Below, piece by piece: positions 8,911 to 18,344 of a DNA stretch of 64,000 bases. A program made the translations under genes and the position numbers. The stretch's first letter is position 1. The number at the start of each line of letters is the position of its first letter. Source of the DNA: a virus; IMG/VR virus record IMGVR_UViG_3300025133_000044, positions 1-64,000 of that record. One strand, written 5' to 3'. The notes below the pieces were generated by a model that worked only from the letters and a program-made list of their open reading frames with translations, had not been told where the DNA came from and did no database searches.

Positions 8911-9399
8911 TTACTTGATTTTAATTTCCAGAGGCTTAGCTTCTTGCTTCACCGGTACGACGAGTCTCAGTAAACCATTCTCAAATTCCGCCGAGGCCGC
9001 ATTAAGGTCCAAATTATTGTCGTAATCCACATACGTCTTAGAAAAGTTTCGCCTTGCGACGCGACGTCGATGGAGGCGGAGGGCGCGATACGTCTCTCTG
9101 AGAGGGTCCGTACCGGTAGCGAGAGGGTCGACCGTGTCTTCGGCAGTGTTGGCACTGACTGTAATACTATTCTTCTCCGGCTTGATCTCGATCAAAAGAT
9201 CCTCCTTAGAAAAGCCTGCCAGGGCAAATTCCATCACGGTTTCACCATTTTCATGATAAATATCTGCAACAGGATATCCTCGTGTTGTTCGGTCCATCAA
9301 CGCTGGGAAGTCCAGCATTGAATCAAGGATGTCATCAAAAACGCCGCGACCTAGTAGGCTCGGGCGAAAATCAGCAAGTGTTAGTTCTGTAGTGTTCAT
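8911..9399 (-). CDS. small heat-shock protein Hsp20 (IbpA-like)
   Basis: YPVADI, EFALAGFSKEDL, R.F.K, AEFENGLL.L.VP, PLEIKIK. Confidence 0.92.
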   Translation of the reverse strand: MNTTELTLADFRPSLLGRGVFDDILDSMLDFPALMDRTTRGYPVADIYHENGETVMEFALAGFSKEDLLIEIKPEKNSITVSANTAEDTVDPLATGTDPLRETYRALRLHRRRVARRNFSKTYVDYDNNLDLNAASAEFENGLLRLVVPVKQEAKPLEIKIK

Positions 9400-9460
9400 A
9401 ATAATTTCTCCTTATTAAGCAAGTTACGCCATGATTTCCTTACCAGCAAAATCGTAGCTG
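9400..9460 (-). promoter_or_regulatory. ROSE-like RNA thermometer in hsp20 5' UTR
   Basis: CUUGCUU-AAU-AAGGAG pairs the UUGCU motif (bulged G) with the SD; second upstream hairpin GCUACGAUUU...AAAUCAUGGC. Confidence 0.6.
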
Positions 9461-9510
9461 TTTATATAATAAACACCGTCTAGAAGTAATCAAGAGAAAA
9501 AATATTTTTT

Positions 9511-9876
9511 TTAATGAAAAGCTACAGAATAAGGTGTTCTACCTAGTTCATTATTAGCATAGTAGTTGCTAACCAACATTGATTGTAAAATTTGCAAAGT
9601 TTCCTTCGTGATCACTAGCTCTATTTCTTTTCCATCTTTTTCTGTATCTGAAAGTAATGTTGCTGTTTCTAGTTCACGATTTATCAAAGTTAATGTCGAG
9701 TAATTTAGCCAAACAAGTTCACATGCTAAAGAATAAACATATTCATTTTTCTTATAAGCATCCTTTTCAGATAAGTGAACGAGAAGCTCTCGGGCGCCAT
9801 GCAGAGCCTCTTCAGCTTGAATAATCAATTCCAGGATATAATTTAACGACAGAGAATGTATTTTATTCTGTTCCAT
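9511..9876 (-). CDS. hypothetical protein
   Basis: Helical ORF overlapping grx stop; GAGG SD. Confidence 0.7.
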   Translation of the reverse strand: MEQNKIHSLSLNYILELIIQAEEALHGARELLVHLSEKDAYKKNEYVYSLACELVWLNYSTLTLINRELETATLLSDTEKDGKEIELVITKETLQILQSMLVSNYYANNELGRTPYSVAFH

Positions 9877-10123
9877 CTTCCTCTTCAAGAAATTGGACTA
9901 GATCAGTATATCCGCCAATAAAAGTGGTAGCTTCTTCGGTCCTCACAAAAGTCATTGGTACCGTTTTCCAGTTGTACTGTTCTTTAATATCGAGTAAAAT
10001 ATACTCTTGGTCTTCTTCAAATTTAGTTATTTTATGGTCATGTCCTTTTTCTTCAAGCAACTTAATAGCATCTTCACAAAAAGTGCACCCGTCAATAACC
10101 AATACAATAAATTTACGCTGCAT
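9863..10123 (-). CDS. glutaredoxin
   Basis: CTFC active site, TVP, FIGGYTDL. Confidence 0.9.
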   Translation of the reverse strand: MQRKFIVLVIDGCTFCEDAIKLLEEKGHDHKITKFEEDQEYILLDIKEQYNWKTVPMTFVRTEEATTFIGGYTDLVQFLEEEDGTE

Positions 10124-10427
10124 TTCCAGCCTCAATAGCTTTTTCTATAATGATAGTTGGGGCACCGACAACATCTATCTTCTTATAACAATTGGCAGTA
10201 GCTGTCAAATAAACACTAGAAAAACGCGTCAGTGGGTTATCTAAACCCGCAATTAACTGATTTTTATGTGCCAGTTCTTTCAAAGCCATATCTTCTTGTA
10301 AATAGACAATATGATTTGTGTTTATATATATTTTACGTAATCCATGCTCGGAAACAACAGCTTTAACTGCAGAGCTATACTCCGAACTTTTAGTGTATAT
10401 TTCTGTCAACTCAATGTAACTATTCAT
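10113..10427 (-). CDS. hypothetical protein
   Basis: IELTE...KIYINTNHIVYLQE (reminiscent of FlbD-like small folds; weak). Confidence 0.7.
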   Translation of the reverse strand: MNSYIELTEIYTKSSEYSSAVKAVVSEHGLRKIYINTNHIVYLQEDMALKELAHKNQLIAGLDNPLTRFSSVYLTATANCYKKIDVVGAPTIIIEKAIEAGNAA

Positions 10428-10644
10428 ATTTTACCTCATAAACTTCATTCTTTTTTACATACCATGTGTCGTTCTCATATAATACTTCATACAGATGTAG
10501 TTGCTCTTTTGTAATTAACAAATGAACTGGTTTCTTTAATTTAAGATAAGAATTGATTGTGGAATTTTCAAAGCCAGATGAGTCTTTTTCAAATTTGCAC
10601 AACATAACCTCCGCAGGAGCATAGACTAATTCACCCTTCTTCAT
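10420..10644 (-). CDS. hypothetical protein
   Basis: MKKGELVY start, overlaps neighbours. Confidence 0.65.
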   Translation of the reverse strand: MKKGELVYAPAEVMLCKFEKDSSGFENSTINSYLKLKKPVHLLITKEQLHLYEVLYENDTWYVKKNEVYEVKYE

Positions 10645-10933
10645 TCTTTATCTCCGTTTCCAAATCTTCCAAAGAATATTCAACATCTTTACCTTCCTCT
10701 TCTTGAACATTGTGATATCCTATCATCATGTTCAAGCTGTCTTCTAGCTGAGAATCTATTAGATCTAGGTCTTCCCTAATCCCCCTTACCTCTTTAGTTA
10801 GCTGTGTTAAATTGCGTGGATTTAAATTCATTTTTGAGAATGTTCGGAACCTGCCTCTGCAATCGTTTAAAATTGAGTTAACCAAGTCTGGCACAGTATG
10901 ATATTCTGTGGTATAAGCAATTTTTACTTTCAT
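10631..10933 (-). CDS. hypothetical coiled-coil protein
   Basis: ATGA overlap with groEL stop. Confidence 0.7.
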   Translation of the reverse strand: MKVKIAYTTEYHTVPDLVNSILNDCRGRFRTFSKMNLNPRNLTQLTKEVRGIREDLDLIDSQLEDSLNMMIGYHNVQEEEGKDVEYSLEDLETEIKNEEG

Positions 10934-12501
10934 TTCTTCTCCTCTATTATAGCATTGCTCGTTGTAAGTAAGGTAGACACCACCGAGACGGCATTTTGTA
11001 GTGCTACTTTCGTAACTTTTGCTGGATCGACTATCCCCTCCTCCATCATGTCTACTATCTTTTCTGTGTTAAAGTCGTAACCATGTGAATGTACTTCATT
11101 CTCCACAAGATTTGCAATCATGTCTTCCGAGGCGCAAGCGTTGCGAGCCATTTGTCGTAACGGTGCCTCTAAAGATTTTCTTAAAATTTCAGCTCCTAAA
11201 CTTTGATCCTCGTTTTCACTATCTATTTCAAATGCTTTACAACGGATCAAAGCCACGCCGCCGCCGGGGACTATTCCCTCTTCTTGGGCCGCTTTAACCG
11301 CGCCTAAAGCATCTTCAATTCTATGTTTTTTTTCTATCATCTCAACTTCAGATGGAGCACCAACGTGGATGATTGATACCCCGCTAACCAATCGCGTGAT
11401 TCTTTCCTGTAGTTGCCGACATTCTTCAATACCTTCTGTTTGTTTGATTTCAGACTTCAAAGAATCGATTCGATTATCTATTTTTTCCCAATCAGCATTG
11501 CCGTCAACAATCGTGGTAAGATTTTTCAGTATCTCAATTTTCTTACAGGTTCCAAAGTCAACTAATTTAACGTCTGATAACTTTTTACCTGATTCTCTAG
11601 TAACAAAAGTCGCGCCGACTGAAAGGCACAAATCCTCCATAATCTTACGTCTTTCTGTCCCATAACGAGGAGCCTTAATCGCAGCAACTCTCATGGTTCC
11701 TCTCACAGCGTTCATGATTAAAGCTGCAAGAGCTTGACCTTCAATTTCTTCAGCCACAATAATAAAAGGTTTAGCCTCTCTAGCTGCTAGTTCGAGCACA
11801 GGAAGCATATCTTGTACAGCGCTGATTTTATGATCAGTAACTAACAAGATTACATCTTCGTATTCCACTACGTTTCTACGTTCGTCCGTAACGAACGCCT
11901 GTGCAAAGTAGCCAGAATCAAAACGGAACCCCTCGACAACATCAAGTCGAGTTTCCATTGACTTTGCCTCCTCAATCGTTATTGCACCGTCGTGGCCAGC
12001 TTGACTCACCGCTGTGGCTATTAGCTCACCAATTGAAGTGTCTCCATTTGCAGAAATAGTCGCAATATGTTGAATATCTTCATGTGAAGTTACTTGTTGA
12101 GCTAGATTAGTTAGATTCTCCACAATCTCCTTACATGCCTTATCCATTCCCCTCTTTAATTCGACCGGAGAACTGCCGGCTGCCAAGTATTTTTGTGCAT
12201 TATTGAAGATATCTCTAGCTAGTACAGTCGAAGTTGTTGTTCCATCGCCAGCTAAATTATTTGTTTCAGATGCCACCTGTTTTAAAATTTGGCAGGCTAT
12301 GTCCTCAAAAGGATCCTCAAGCTCCATGAATTTTGCCACAGTAACTCCGTCTTTGGTAACAACTGGATTACTTCCAAGCTTGGCAAGTATGACGTTTCTG
12401 CCCTTTGGCCCCAACGTTGTTGCCACGTTGTCAGCTAACTTGTTGACACCATTAAAGACTTTTCTCTGAAGTTCACCATCACTAGCATACTTCTTAGACA
12501 T
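10930..12501 (-). CDS. groEL: chaperonin GroEL
   Basis: TLGPKGRNV, TKDGVTVAK, AGDGTTT, KAPRYG, EGIVPGGG, DPAKVT; lacks C-terminal GGM tail. Confidence 0.97.
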   Translation of the reverse strand: MSKKYASDGELQRKVFNGVNKLADNVATTLGPKGRNVILAKLGSNPVVTKDGVTVAKFMELEDPFEDIACQILKQVASETNNLAGDGTTTSTVLARDIFNNAQKYLAAGSSPVELKRGMDKACKEIVENLTNLAQQVTSHEDIQHIATISANGDTSIGELIATAVSQAGHDGAITIEEAKSMETRLDVVEGFRFDSGYFAQAFVTDERRNVVEYEDVILLVTDHKISAVQDMLPVLELAAREAKPFIIVAEEIEGQALAALIMNAVRGTMRVAAIKAPRYGTERRKIMEDLCLSVGATFVTRESGKKLSDVKLVDFGTCKKIEILKNLTTIVDGNADWEKIDNRIDSLKSEIKQTEGIEECRQLQERITRLVSGVSIIHVGAPSEVEMIEKKHRIEDALGAVKAAQEEGIVPGGGVALIRCKAFEIDSENEDQSLGAEILRKSLEAPLRQMARNACASEDMIANLVENEVHSHGYDFNTEKIVDMMEEGIVDPAKVTKVALQNAVSVVSTLLTTSNAIIEEKK

Positions 12502-12522
12502 ATTGTACTCCTTTGTACAAAT

Positions 12523-12550
12523 ACTATAATCACATTATAAATTAAGTCAA
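12523..12550 (-). promoter_or_regulatory. sigma70-like promoter upstream of groEL
   Basis: TTGACT-16nt-TATAGT. Confidence 0.55.
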
Positions 12551-12574
12551 CGCGGACTTTAAATTTATTTTTAA

Positions 12575-14278
12575 TTATTCTAGTTGTCCGCCAAGGCCCA
12601 TGGGCCGGGTTTTCTTTCCAACGCCTAGGCGGCCGCGTGGAGCGGGGGCCTCGTCAGCTGGGACGTAGTCTACTACATCCGAATCTGGAGCAAGCTCGGT
12701 GCCGGCAGTCTTTACATATTCTCTCTGACCTGCTGAAATTTCTTGTGCTGTATCAGCGGCTGCGAGGCCTTTTGTTTTGTCCCCACCAATAAAATAAGCA
12801 TTGATCTGATTTGCCAAAAGTTCAACTTTTTCAAAGAGGTCAAAAATTTGTTGGTTAAGGACATCAACATAGTTCTGAGCTAGATTAGTAACTGCAGCCT
12901 TCCCAACAGGAATTTGACCAATAAATCCCATGCCATCCGCGTTATAACTTTTTCTTTCATAATATTCACGATGAATATCAAATTGGGTTATACCTGAAAC
13001 TCCGCCGGCGTAGCCTAACGTTTTAGCAATTAACCCCCAAAATTTATCAGGGCTTTCTACCAACGCTTCTTCCAGTTTTCTAATAGAAGTTTTCATATCC
13101 AGGTATTTTTCATGATGAATTGCCCCAACCTTCTTAAGATGTTCAGATCCTTTCGGTGGTTCCCATGGAAGTTGCTGTAGAGTTCCAGGTTGAGGTCTAT
13201 TAAAAGTTTTCCCGGTATCTTTCCATACTAAAGCTTTTTTGTTTCCCTTGCTTCCTTCTATGTCAATAATTATCATTTTTGAAAAAAGTGCTCTGGCAAA
13301 ATCAACATCGTATTTATCAGCTATGCGCGCTAACTTCTGTTTGTCGACTGCGTAAAGGAAGTCATAGTCATCGCCAAATACCGTTCGAATAAAATCCGCT
13401 GAATTCATCTCTTCCCCGCCTGAATCTAGATGAGTCGATGCAGGATCATCACTTGGATCATTCTGTAAATCTGAGGGAAGCAATAATAGTTTGGCGTTGT
13501 GTGAATTCGATCTCATCGCATCTAAAAAATTCCTCGCATTAAAATCAAATTGATAAAATCTTATTGTCGCTGCTTCTTCACCAGTCAATGCCGCTTCGGC
13601 TCCTTTTTCTTGAAAAGACTTAAGAACAACAAGATAAGTCATTTTGCCTTCGGCGCCTGCTCCTGCAAGATATTGTTCGCTCTCTGGGTCTTGTTTGAGG
13701 TCACCAGGATCAATGAAGTGGCCACACAAATCTCGGTAGCTGCCTTCAACAGAGGCTGAGCCTGCTTCTGTCAAAAGCTTTAAACTAAATGGAATCTTAT
13801 CGTTATCGATGATATCTTGGATACCTGATTGGGAGCCTGCAGGGATTTGTTGTCCTCCGACAAGAGCGGCCAAGAAGCCTTCAAAGGTAAAGCCGGCCGC
13901 AGAAGCATTAAAATGTAACATAATATTGGTTAATGTATCCAATAAGACAACGTGAGTTAAGATCTCCGATATGTCTGTAGTTTGCGGAGGTGTCGTGACA
14001 AAATTAGCAACTCTGATTATTCTGTCTCTTGGAGTACCACCACCTTCGACAATCTTTTGAAGTAAGTTTTGAATAATAGCACGATCTTCTGTGCCTTCCT
14101 TGCCCCACATCTTCTCTGAGAGTCGGATAATTGGAAGTTTAAGAGTTATGTCTCTTTGTTCATCTTCTGTTAGAAGGCCACTAGCTTTGATTTGGTCTAT
14201 CATCTCAAAGATGAGATTTAAATCGACGTTTTGTTTTAAAAAGTTTTTTTTAATATATTCTAATTCTTGCTTGATCAT
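12575..14278 (-). CDS. hypothetical protein, possible PD-(D/E)xK nuclease-like domain
   Basis: 567 aa; GFTFEGFLA...IQDII...FSLKLL resembles restriction-endonuclease-like core. Confidence 0.75.
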   Translation of the reverse strand: MIKQELEYIKKNFLKQNVDLNLIFEMIDQIKASGLLTEDEQRDITLKLPIIRLSEKMWGKEGTEDRAIIQNLLQKIVEGGGTPRDRIIRVANFVTTPPQTTDISEILTHVVLLDTLTNIMLHFNASAAGFTFEGFLAALVGGQQIPAGSQSGIQDIIDNDKIPFSLKLLTEAGSASVEGSYRDLCGHFIDPGDLKQDPESEQYLAGAGAEGKMTYLVVLKSFQEKGAEAALTGEEAATIRFYQFDFNARNFLDAMRSNSHNAKLLLLPSDLQNDPSDDPASTHLDSGGEEMNSADFIRTVFGDDYDFLYAVDKQKLARIADKYDVDFARALFSKMIIIDIEGSKGNKKALVWKDTGKTFNRPQPGTLQQLPWEPPKGSEHLKKVGAIHHEKYLDMKTSIRKLEEALVESPDKFWGLIAKTLGYAGGVSGITQFDIHREYYERKSYNADGMGFIGQIPVGKAAVTNLAQNYVDVLNQQIFDLFEKVELLANQINAYFIGGDKTKGLAAADTAQEISAGQREYVKTAGTELAPDSDVVDYVPADEAPAPRGRLGVGKKTRPMGLGGQLE

Positions 14279-14296
14279 GTATGCACCTCTAAATAA

Positions 14297-14932
14297 TTAG
14301 AAAACTATATCGGCAATTCCCAATTCAACTGCTTTTTCTGCATCAATATAAACATTTGTTTTCTTATTCATCATTTTTCTAATTTCTTTCTCTGACATGT
14401 TTGTTTCTTTAACCAGTGCCTCAACATAGAGTTTCTGTGTCATTTTGGCTTCTGAAAATTCGTTCTCCACGTCTGCTATATGGCCATGTTGACCTGAAAT
14501 AACGCCATGAATCATGACTCTACAGTTCTTGCCAATTCTCCGTTCGCCTTCGGTGCCGGCAGCGAGTAACAGCACGCCGGCCGACATTACCTTGCCAATA
14601 CCGTAAGTCCTAATGGGTATTTGTCCTTTGATAAGCCGCATCATATCATAAACTGCAAACATTTCAGAAGCTTGGCCGCCATATGTTGAAACATAAAAAT
14701 CGATTGGTTCTATAATTAATTTTAATTCTTCTGAATCATCGGATACGCTGCTAATCCCTGTTTGTTCTAGAGCTAGCAAGCCATAAATTGCTTCCGAACA
14801 CTTTTCTTCTGTAATATCCCCGTATATTCCAGTAACTCTTAATTCTGGCTTGTCGAGTGCCACACTTAACTTAGATACTAAGTCATTAGCATCTTCTGAA
14901 ACCTCTTCTTTATTATTTGAAGCAAATTTCAT
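14297..14932 (-). CDS. clpP: ClpP-family protease subunit
   Basis: STYGG, GKVMSAG (Ser), RVMIH (His), A..A..LGIAD; the catalytic Asp position reads Asn. Confidence 0.9.
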   Translation of the reverse strand: MKFASNNKEEVSEDANDLVSKLSVALDKPELRVTGIYGDITEEKCSEAIYGLLALEQTGISSVSDDSEELKLIIEPIDFYVSTYGGQASEMFAVYDMMRLIKGQIPIRTYGIGKVMSAGVLLLAAGTEGERRIGKNCRVMIHGVISGQHGHIADVENEFSEAKMTQKLYVEALVKETNMSEKEIRKMMNKKTNVYIDAEKAVELGIADIVF

Positions 14933-14958
14933 TGCTCACCTCCTATTTTTCAATATTT

Positions 14959-14990
14959 AAAAAAAAAGGCAGGGGAAGTCCCTGCCTTTT
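14959..14990 (-). terminator. intrinsic terminator (possibly bidirectional)
   Basis: AAGGCAGGG-ACTTC-CCCTGCCTT followed by T-run. Confidence 0.8.
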
Positions 14991-15011
14991 AACGTCATTA
15001 CTCTCTTTAAC

Positions 15012-15665
15012 TTATTTTCTTCTCGTACTTCTTTTTCTGTTGCGGCGGGGTTTCTGAGCTTTCACCAGTCTTTTTGCAACCCGACGGGCAACTTCATTAA
15101 TAATATCAACTTTTCTTAGATCGTTGGCACGGCCAGATGAGACATACAATTCAGATTCTTCTAAGCGTTTAAATACCCCTTCGGCGACTACTTTGTCTTC
15201 TTCGTCCGGCGCCATGGTCGGAGGAGCTTCTACGGGGGCTTCTGGCTCAGTGTCGAGGCCAAGGTCTCCTACTTCTGCCTCAGGCTCTCCAAGTTCATCA
15301 GGCGCTTCCTCTCCTCCGCCGGCTACTTCACGCACTTGGTCTGCGAGGTCTTCTAAAACAGGAGCTACAATTTCAGCTTCTTCCGCAGTGAGATGCCAAG
15401 TCACTTCTTCGCCGGCCTCCTCACCTTCTGGTTCGGCGCCTAACTCGTCGCCTAGCTCGGGCTCTAACTCGGGCTCTGCTTCTGGGGGTGGCTCTTCCGT
15501 GGCGCCTGCTGCATCCATGCCGGGATCAGCGAATTCCGGCTCATCTTGCTCAGTCACCATATCATCTTCTTCTAATTGATCAATAAAAGTTTCTGTGAGG
15601 GGTTGTAAGTTTGCAAATTTCATGAATTTACGAACTTCATTTTCACTTAAAAGCTTCTTTTTCAT
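15012..15665 (-). CDS. very acidic E/P/G-rich protein, scaffold/internal-head-protein-like
   Basis: LLSE..VRKFMKFANL N-terminus, acidic linker, IINEVARRVAKRL C-terminal helix; AAGGAG SD. Confidence 0.8.
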   Translation of the reverse strand: MKKKLLSENEVRKFMKFANLQPLTETFIDQLEEDDMVTEQDEPEFADPGMDAAGATEEPPPEAEPELEPELGDELGAEPEGEEAGEEVTWHLTAEEAEIVAPVLEDLADQVREVAGGGEEAPDELGEPEAEVGDLGLDTEPEAPVEAPPTMAPDEEDKVVAEGVFKRLEESELYVSSGRANDLRKVDIINEVARRVAKRLVKAQKPRRNRKRSTRRK

Positions 15666-15702
15666 TGTAAGTTCTCCTTGGGCGTATTTTTACTAATACA
15701 CT

Positions 15703-15942
15703 TTAAATAGATTCTTTGTCCAACAAATGACTTATTTTTTTTAGCGTTTTATCCTGAATTTGTTTTACTCTGACGAAACTCATTCCCAGACGATCTCCTG
15801 CCTGTCTTAATGTCATTGGCCCGTTAACTCTAACGCTCTCCAATGTACAATTTCTTTCCTGAGAATATTCTATCCAGTATCTGCATTCTTTCACTGGGCA
15901 TTCAACATCTAATTGATGACATATTTCTAGACATTTTCTCAT
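15703..15942 (-). CDS. stand-alone sigma70 region-4-like HTH with Cys-rich N-terminus
   Basis: MTLRQAGDRLGMSFVRVKQIQDKTLKKI matches sigma4.2 (TL.E.G...G.S.ERVRQI...AL.KL); five Cys upstream. Confidence 0.75.
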   Translation of the reverse strand: MRKCLEICHQLDVECPVKECRYWIEYSQERNCTLESVRVNGPMTLRQAGDRLGMSFVRVKQIQDKTLKKISHLLDKESI

Positions 15943-16277
15943 ATTTTACCATCTGCTTCAATGACATCGAATATATTTTCAATCTCGCCTTCGTTCAAGT
16001 TAAACTTTGTTTTAGTTTCCTCCATCTTAGTATAATTTCTGGAAATCTTTCTTCTCTTCTGAATTCCTTGGCCGCCAAATCTCTCCTTACATCTATCGAC
16101 AAACTTAATTATATCAGGATTTTGTTCCAGATAGCCAGTTAACATGTATCGGAAGAATTGTGATTGGTTTATCCCATCATATCGACATCTAATTTTTAAC
16201 CTAGCCTGCCTATCAGATGTGTCGTAAAACATAATTTTTTTTCTATCATTCACATCAGGTATAGTCTTGTCGCTCAT
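15939..16277 (-). CDS. hypothetical protein, possible RHH DNA-binding N-terminus
   Basis: KKIMFY..LKIRC..GINQSQFFRYML. Confidence 0.7.
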   Translation of the reverse strand: MSDKTIPDVNDRKKIMFYDTSDRQARLKIRCRYDGINQSQFFRYMLTGYLEQNPDIIKFVDRCKERFGGQGIQKRRKISRNYTKMEETKTKFNLNEGEIENIFDVIEADGKI

Positions 16278-17296
16278 TTATTTCCCCGTAGGATGTGTGT
16301 AGCGCTCTCCGCTTGGCCGGCTGAAGATTGTAAGATAAATTCATGACGTATCTGAAGTTCCGGTATGGAAGATACTCCAGAATAAGATAAGCCGCTACGT
16401 AAACCACCAGCAACACTTTGGAGTATCTTCTTAACGCCACCTCTAAACGGAATAGTAGTTGAAATTCCTTCTGGTGTGGAAGTTTTTCCCCTCCAAGCAT
16501 TTTGAGCATTAGCTGAGGCCATGCCCCTGTATACCTTATATTTCTTGTTTTTACTACCAAAAAACACCTCGCCCGGTGTTTCTTTGGTCCCGGCCAAAAG
16601 AGAACCAACCATGACAAAGTCTGCGCCGGCGGCAAAAGCCTTAACCATATCGCCCGTTGTTCTTATCCCGCCATCGGCAATAATTTTCACATCATGGCTG
16701 GTTTTTGCACACTCTAAAATGCTTTGAAAAGTTGGGATACCGTGGCCCGTGACTAACCGCGTGGAACATATTGATCCCCCGCCTATCCCTACACGAATTG
16801 AGTCGGCGCCCCAATCTGCTAAAGTGTCAAAGCCCTCTAGAGTTGCAACGTTTCCAGCCATCACATGTACTTTGTTTCCTAAAACGCCGCGAAGAACAGA
16901 CAAAGCATTCTTTACCAAAGAATGGTGTCCGTGTGCTACGTCAATACAAAGGATCCTGGCGCCGGCATCATATAAAGCGCAGGCCCTTTCTTCGTAGTCG
17001 CCAGTTGCACCTATCGCTGCCGCGATTGAGGCAGAGCCGCCGGCGGCGCATTCTTTAACCATTGCCGTTTGTTTTTCAATACTATTATATCGATGAATTA
17101 TTCCAAGGCCGCCGAATTCGGCCATGGCTGTGGCCATCGCACCTTCAGTTACTGTGTCCATTGGGCTGGAAATGACTGGCAACTCCAATCGCAAAAAGGA
17201 ATCTAAATTATTGCTGATATTGATTTGTGCTCTGCTTTTAATATTACTGTATTTAGGTACCAGCAAAACATCATCAAAGGAATAGGCTTGTTTCAT
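16274..17296 (-). CDS. guaB: IMP dehydrogenase / GMP reductase family protein (no CBS domains)
   Basis: [46 protein letters not shown]. Confidence 0.9.
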   Translation of the reverse strand: MKQAYSFDDVLLVPKYSNIKSRAQINISNNLDSFLRLELPVISSPMDTVTEGAMATAMAEFGGLGIIHRYNSIEKQTAMVKECAAGGSASIAAAIGATGDYEERACALYDAGARILCIDVAHGHHSLVKNALSVLRGVLGNKVHVMAGNVATLEGFDTLADWGADSIRVGIGGGSICSTRLVTGHGIPTFQSILECAKTSHDVKIIADGGIRTTGDMVKAFAAGADFVMVGSLLAGTKETPGEVFFGSKNKKYKVYRGMASANAQNAWRGKTSTPEGISTTIPFRGGVKKILQSVAGGLRSGLSYSGVSSIPELQIRHEFILQSSAGQAESATHILRGNK

Positions 17297-17595
17297 TATA
17301 GTTCCTCCAAGTATCTTTGTAAATACCATATAGCCTTCGCAATATCTTTTTTTGCTTGCCCTTTGTACTTATGCCTGGAGATGTATTTGACAGCATTACC
17401 ACAGTGGAAATCTAACCCCCAATCTTCAATCACATCAATAGTTTCATATTTTCCGTGGTTGTAATGAGGAGGATGGTCAACTAAGTCTAACTTATAATTT
17501 ACAAGAGTTTCTAAGTCTTCTTCTCTTTCGTCCCACCTATCTTCCAGCTGAGATGGGCTAATAAGAATTTTCATTGTTTCATTTTTATCTGACAT
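17296..17595 (-). CDS. DUF3310 protein (T7 gp1.7-like putative nucleotide kinase)
   Basis: VDHPPHY..ETIDVI..GNAVKYI.R...KG..DI.KA.WYL. Confidence 0.85.
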   Translation of the reverse strand: MSDKNETMKILISPSQLEDRWDEREEDLETLVNYKLDLVDHPPHYNHGKYETIDVIEDWGLDFHCGNAVKYISRHKYKGQAKKDIAKAIWYLQRYLEEL

Positions 17596-17604
17596 ATCTT
17601 CTCC

Positions 17605-18096
17605 TTAAAACCCTGATATTTGGCCCAGAGGGTGAGAGCCAGGAGCATCTGTACTACCCAGCGCAGCAGGGCCACGATTGGAAATCGTAATCGGCTCTCG
17701 ATATAAGTGACCATCAACTAGTTTGGCTCGAAAATGGACTACTGGTACCAAAATTAATTGCGCAATCTTTGCGTCGACTTCGACGAACTGTACTTCGCCC
17801 CCAATATTGTGAAGGTCAATAAAAACTTCACCATCATAACCACTATCAATAATATGGGCTCCGACCACCAAGGACCGCTTTACACCCATACTAGATCTGT
17901 TACAAACCTGTAACATGTATCCATGGGGTATACCAAAACTTAATCCCGTTGCAAGCATCTGGTTTTCACCAGGCTTAATTTTGGAAACTGTGACTTTGGG
18001 ATCTTTTGGACAGTAGAAAACGTCCAAACCCGCGTCACTAGGATTTGCCCTCGTCGGTGCCTTCGCTTCTTCTCTCTTTGTGTATTCTAAAATCAT
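17605..18096 (-). CDS. dut: trimeric dUTPase
   Basis: DAGLD, RSS.G, IIDSGYDGE, KIAQL, RG..LGST. Confidence 0.93.
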   Translation of the reverse strand: MILEYTKREEAKAPTRANPSDAGLDVFYCPKDPKVTVSKIKPGENQMLATGLSFGIPHGYMLQVCNRSSMGVKRSLVVGAHIIDSGYDGEVFIDLHNIGGEVQFVEVDAKIAQLILVPVVHFRAKLVDGHLYREPITISNRGPAALGSTDAPGSHPLGQISGF

Positions 18097-18343
18097 TTTT
18101 AACCTCTTCAATAATTTTACGTGCTTTGTCCCAACACTCGGGACAGTATAATCTTACCACTTTTTCTTTCTCTCTTACAACAACACTCCAAGTTGTAACA
18201 TGTTCTTTTAAATTTTTATCAAATTCCTTGGCACAAGCGTAGCACTCATCACTTAATTTGCCGAACATTGTTATCTGTTCTTTTATATTTTTGTTAAGAC
18301 GCTTTGCGGCCTTGCGTGCCAATTTTCTTTTTAAACTTCCCAT
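18038..18343 (-). CDS. zinc-finger hypothetical protein
   Basis: CYAC ... YCPEC. Confidence 0.75.
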   Translation of the reverse strand: MGSLKRKLARKAAKRLNKNIKEQITMFGKLSDECYACAKEFDKNLKEHVTTWSVVVREKEKVVRLYCPECWDKARKIIEEVKNDFRIHKERRSEGTDEGKS

Positions 18344-18344
18344 G

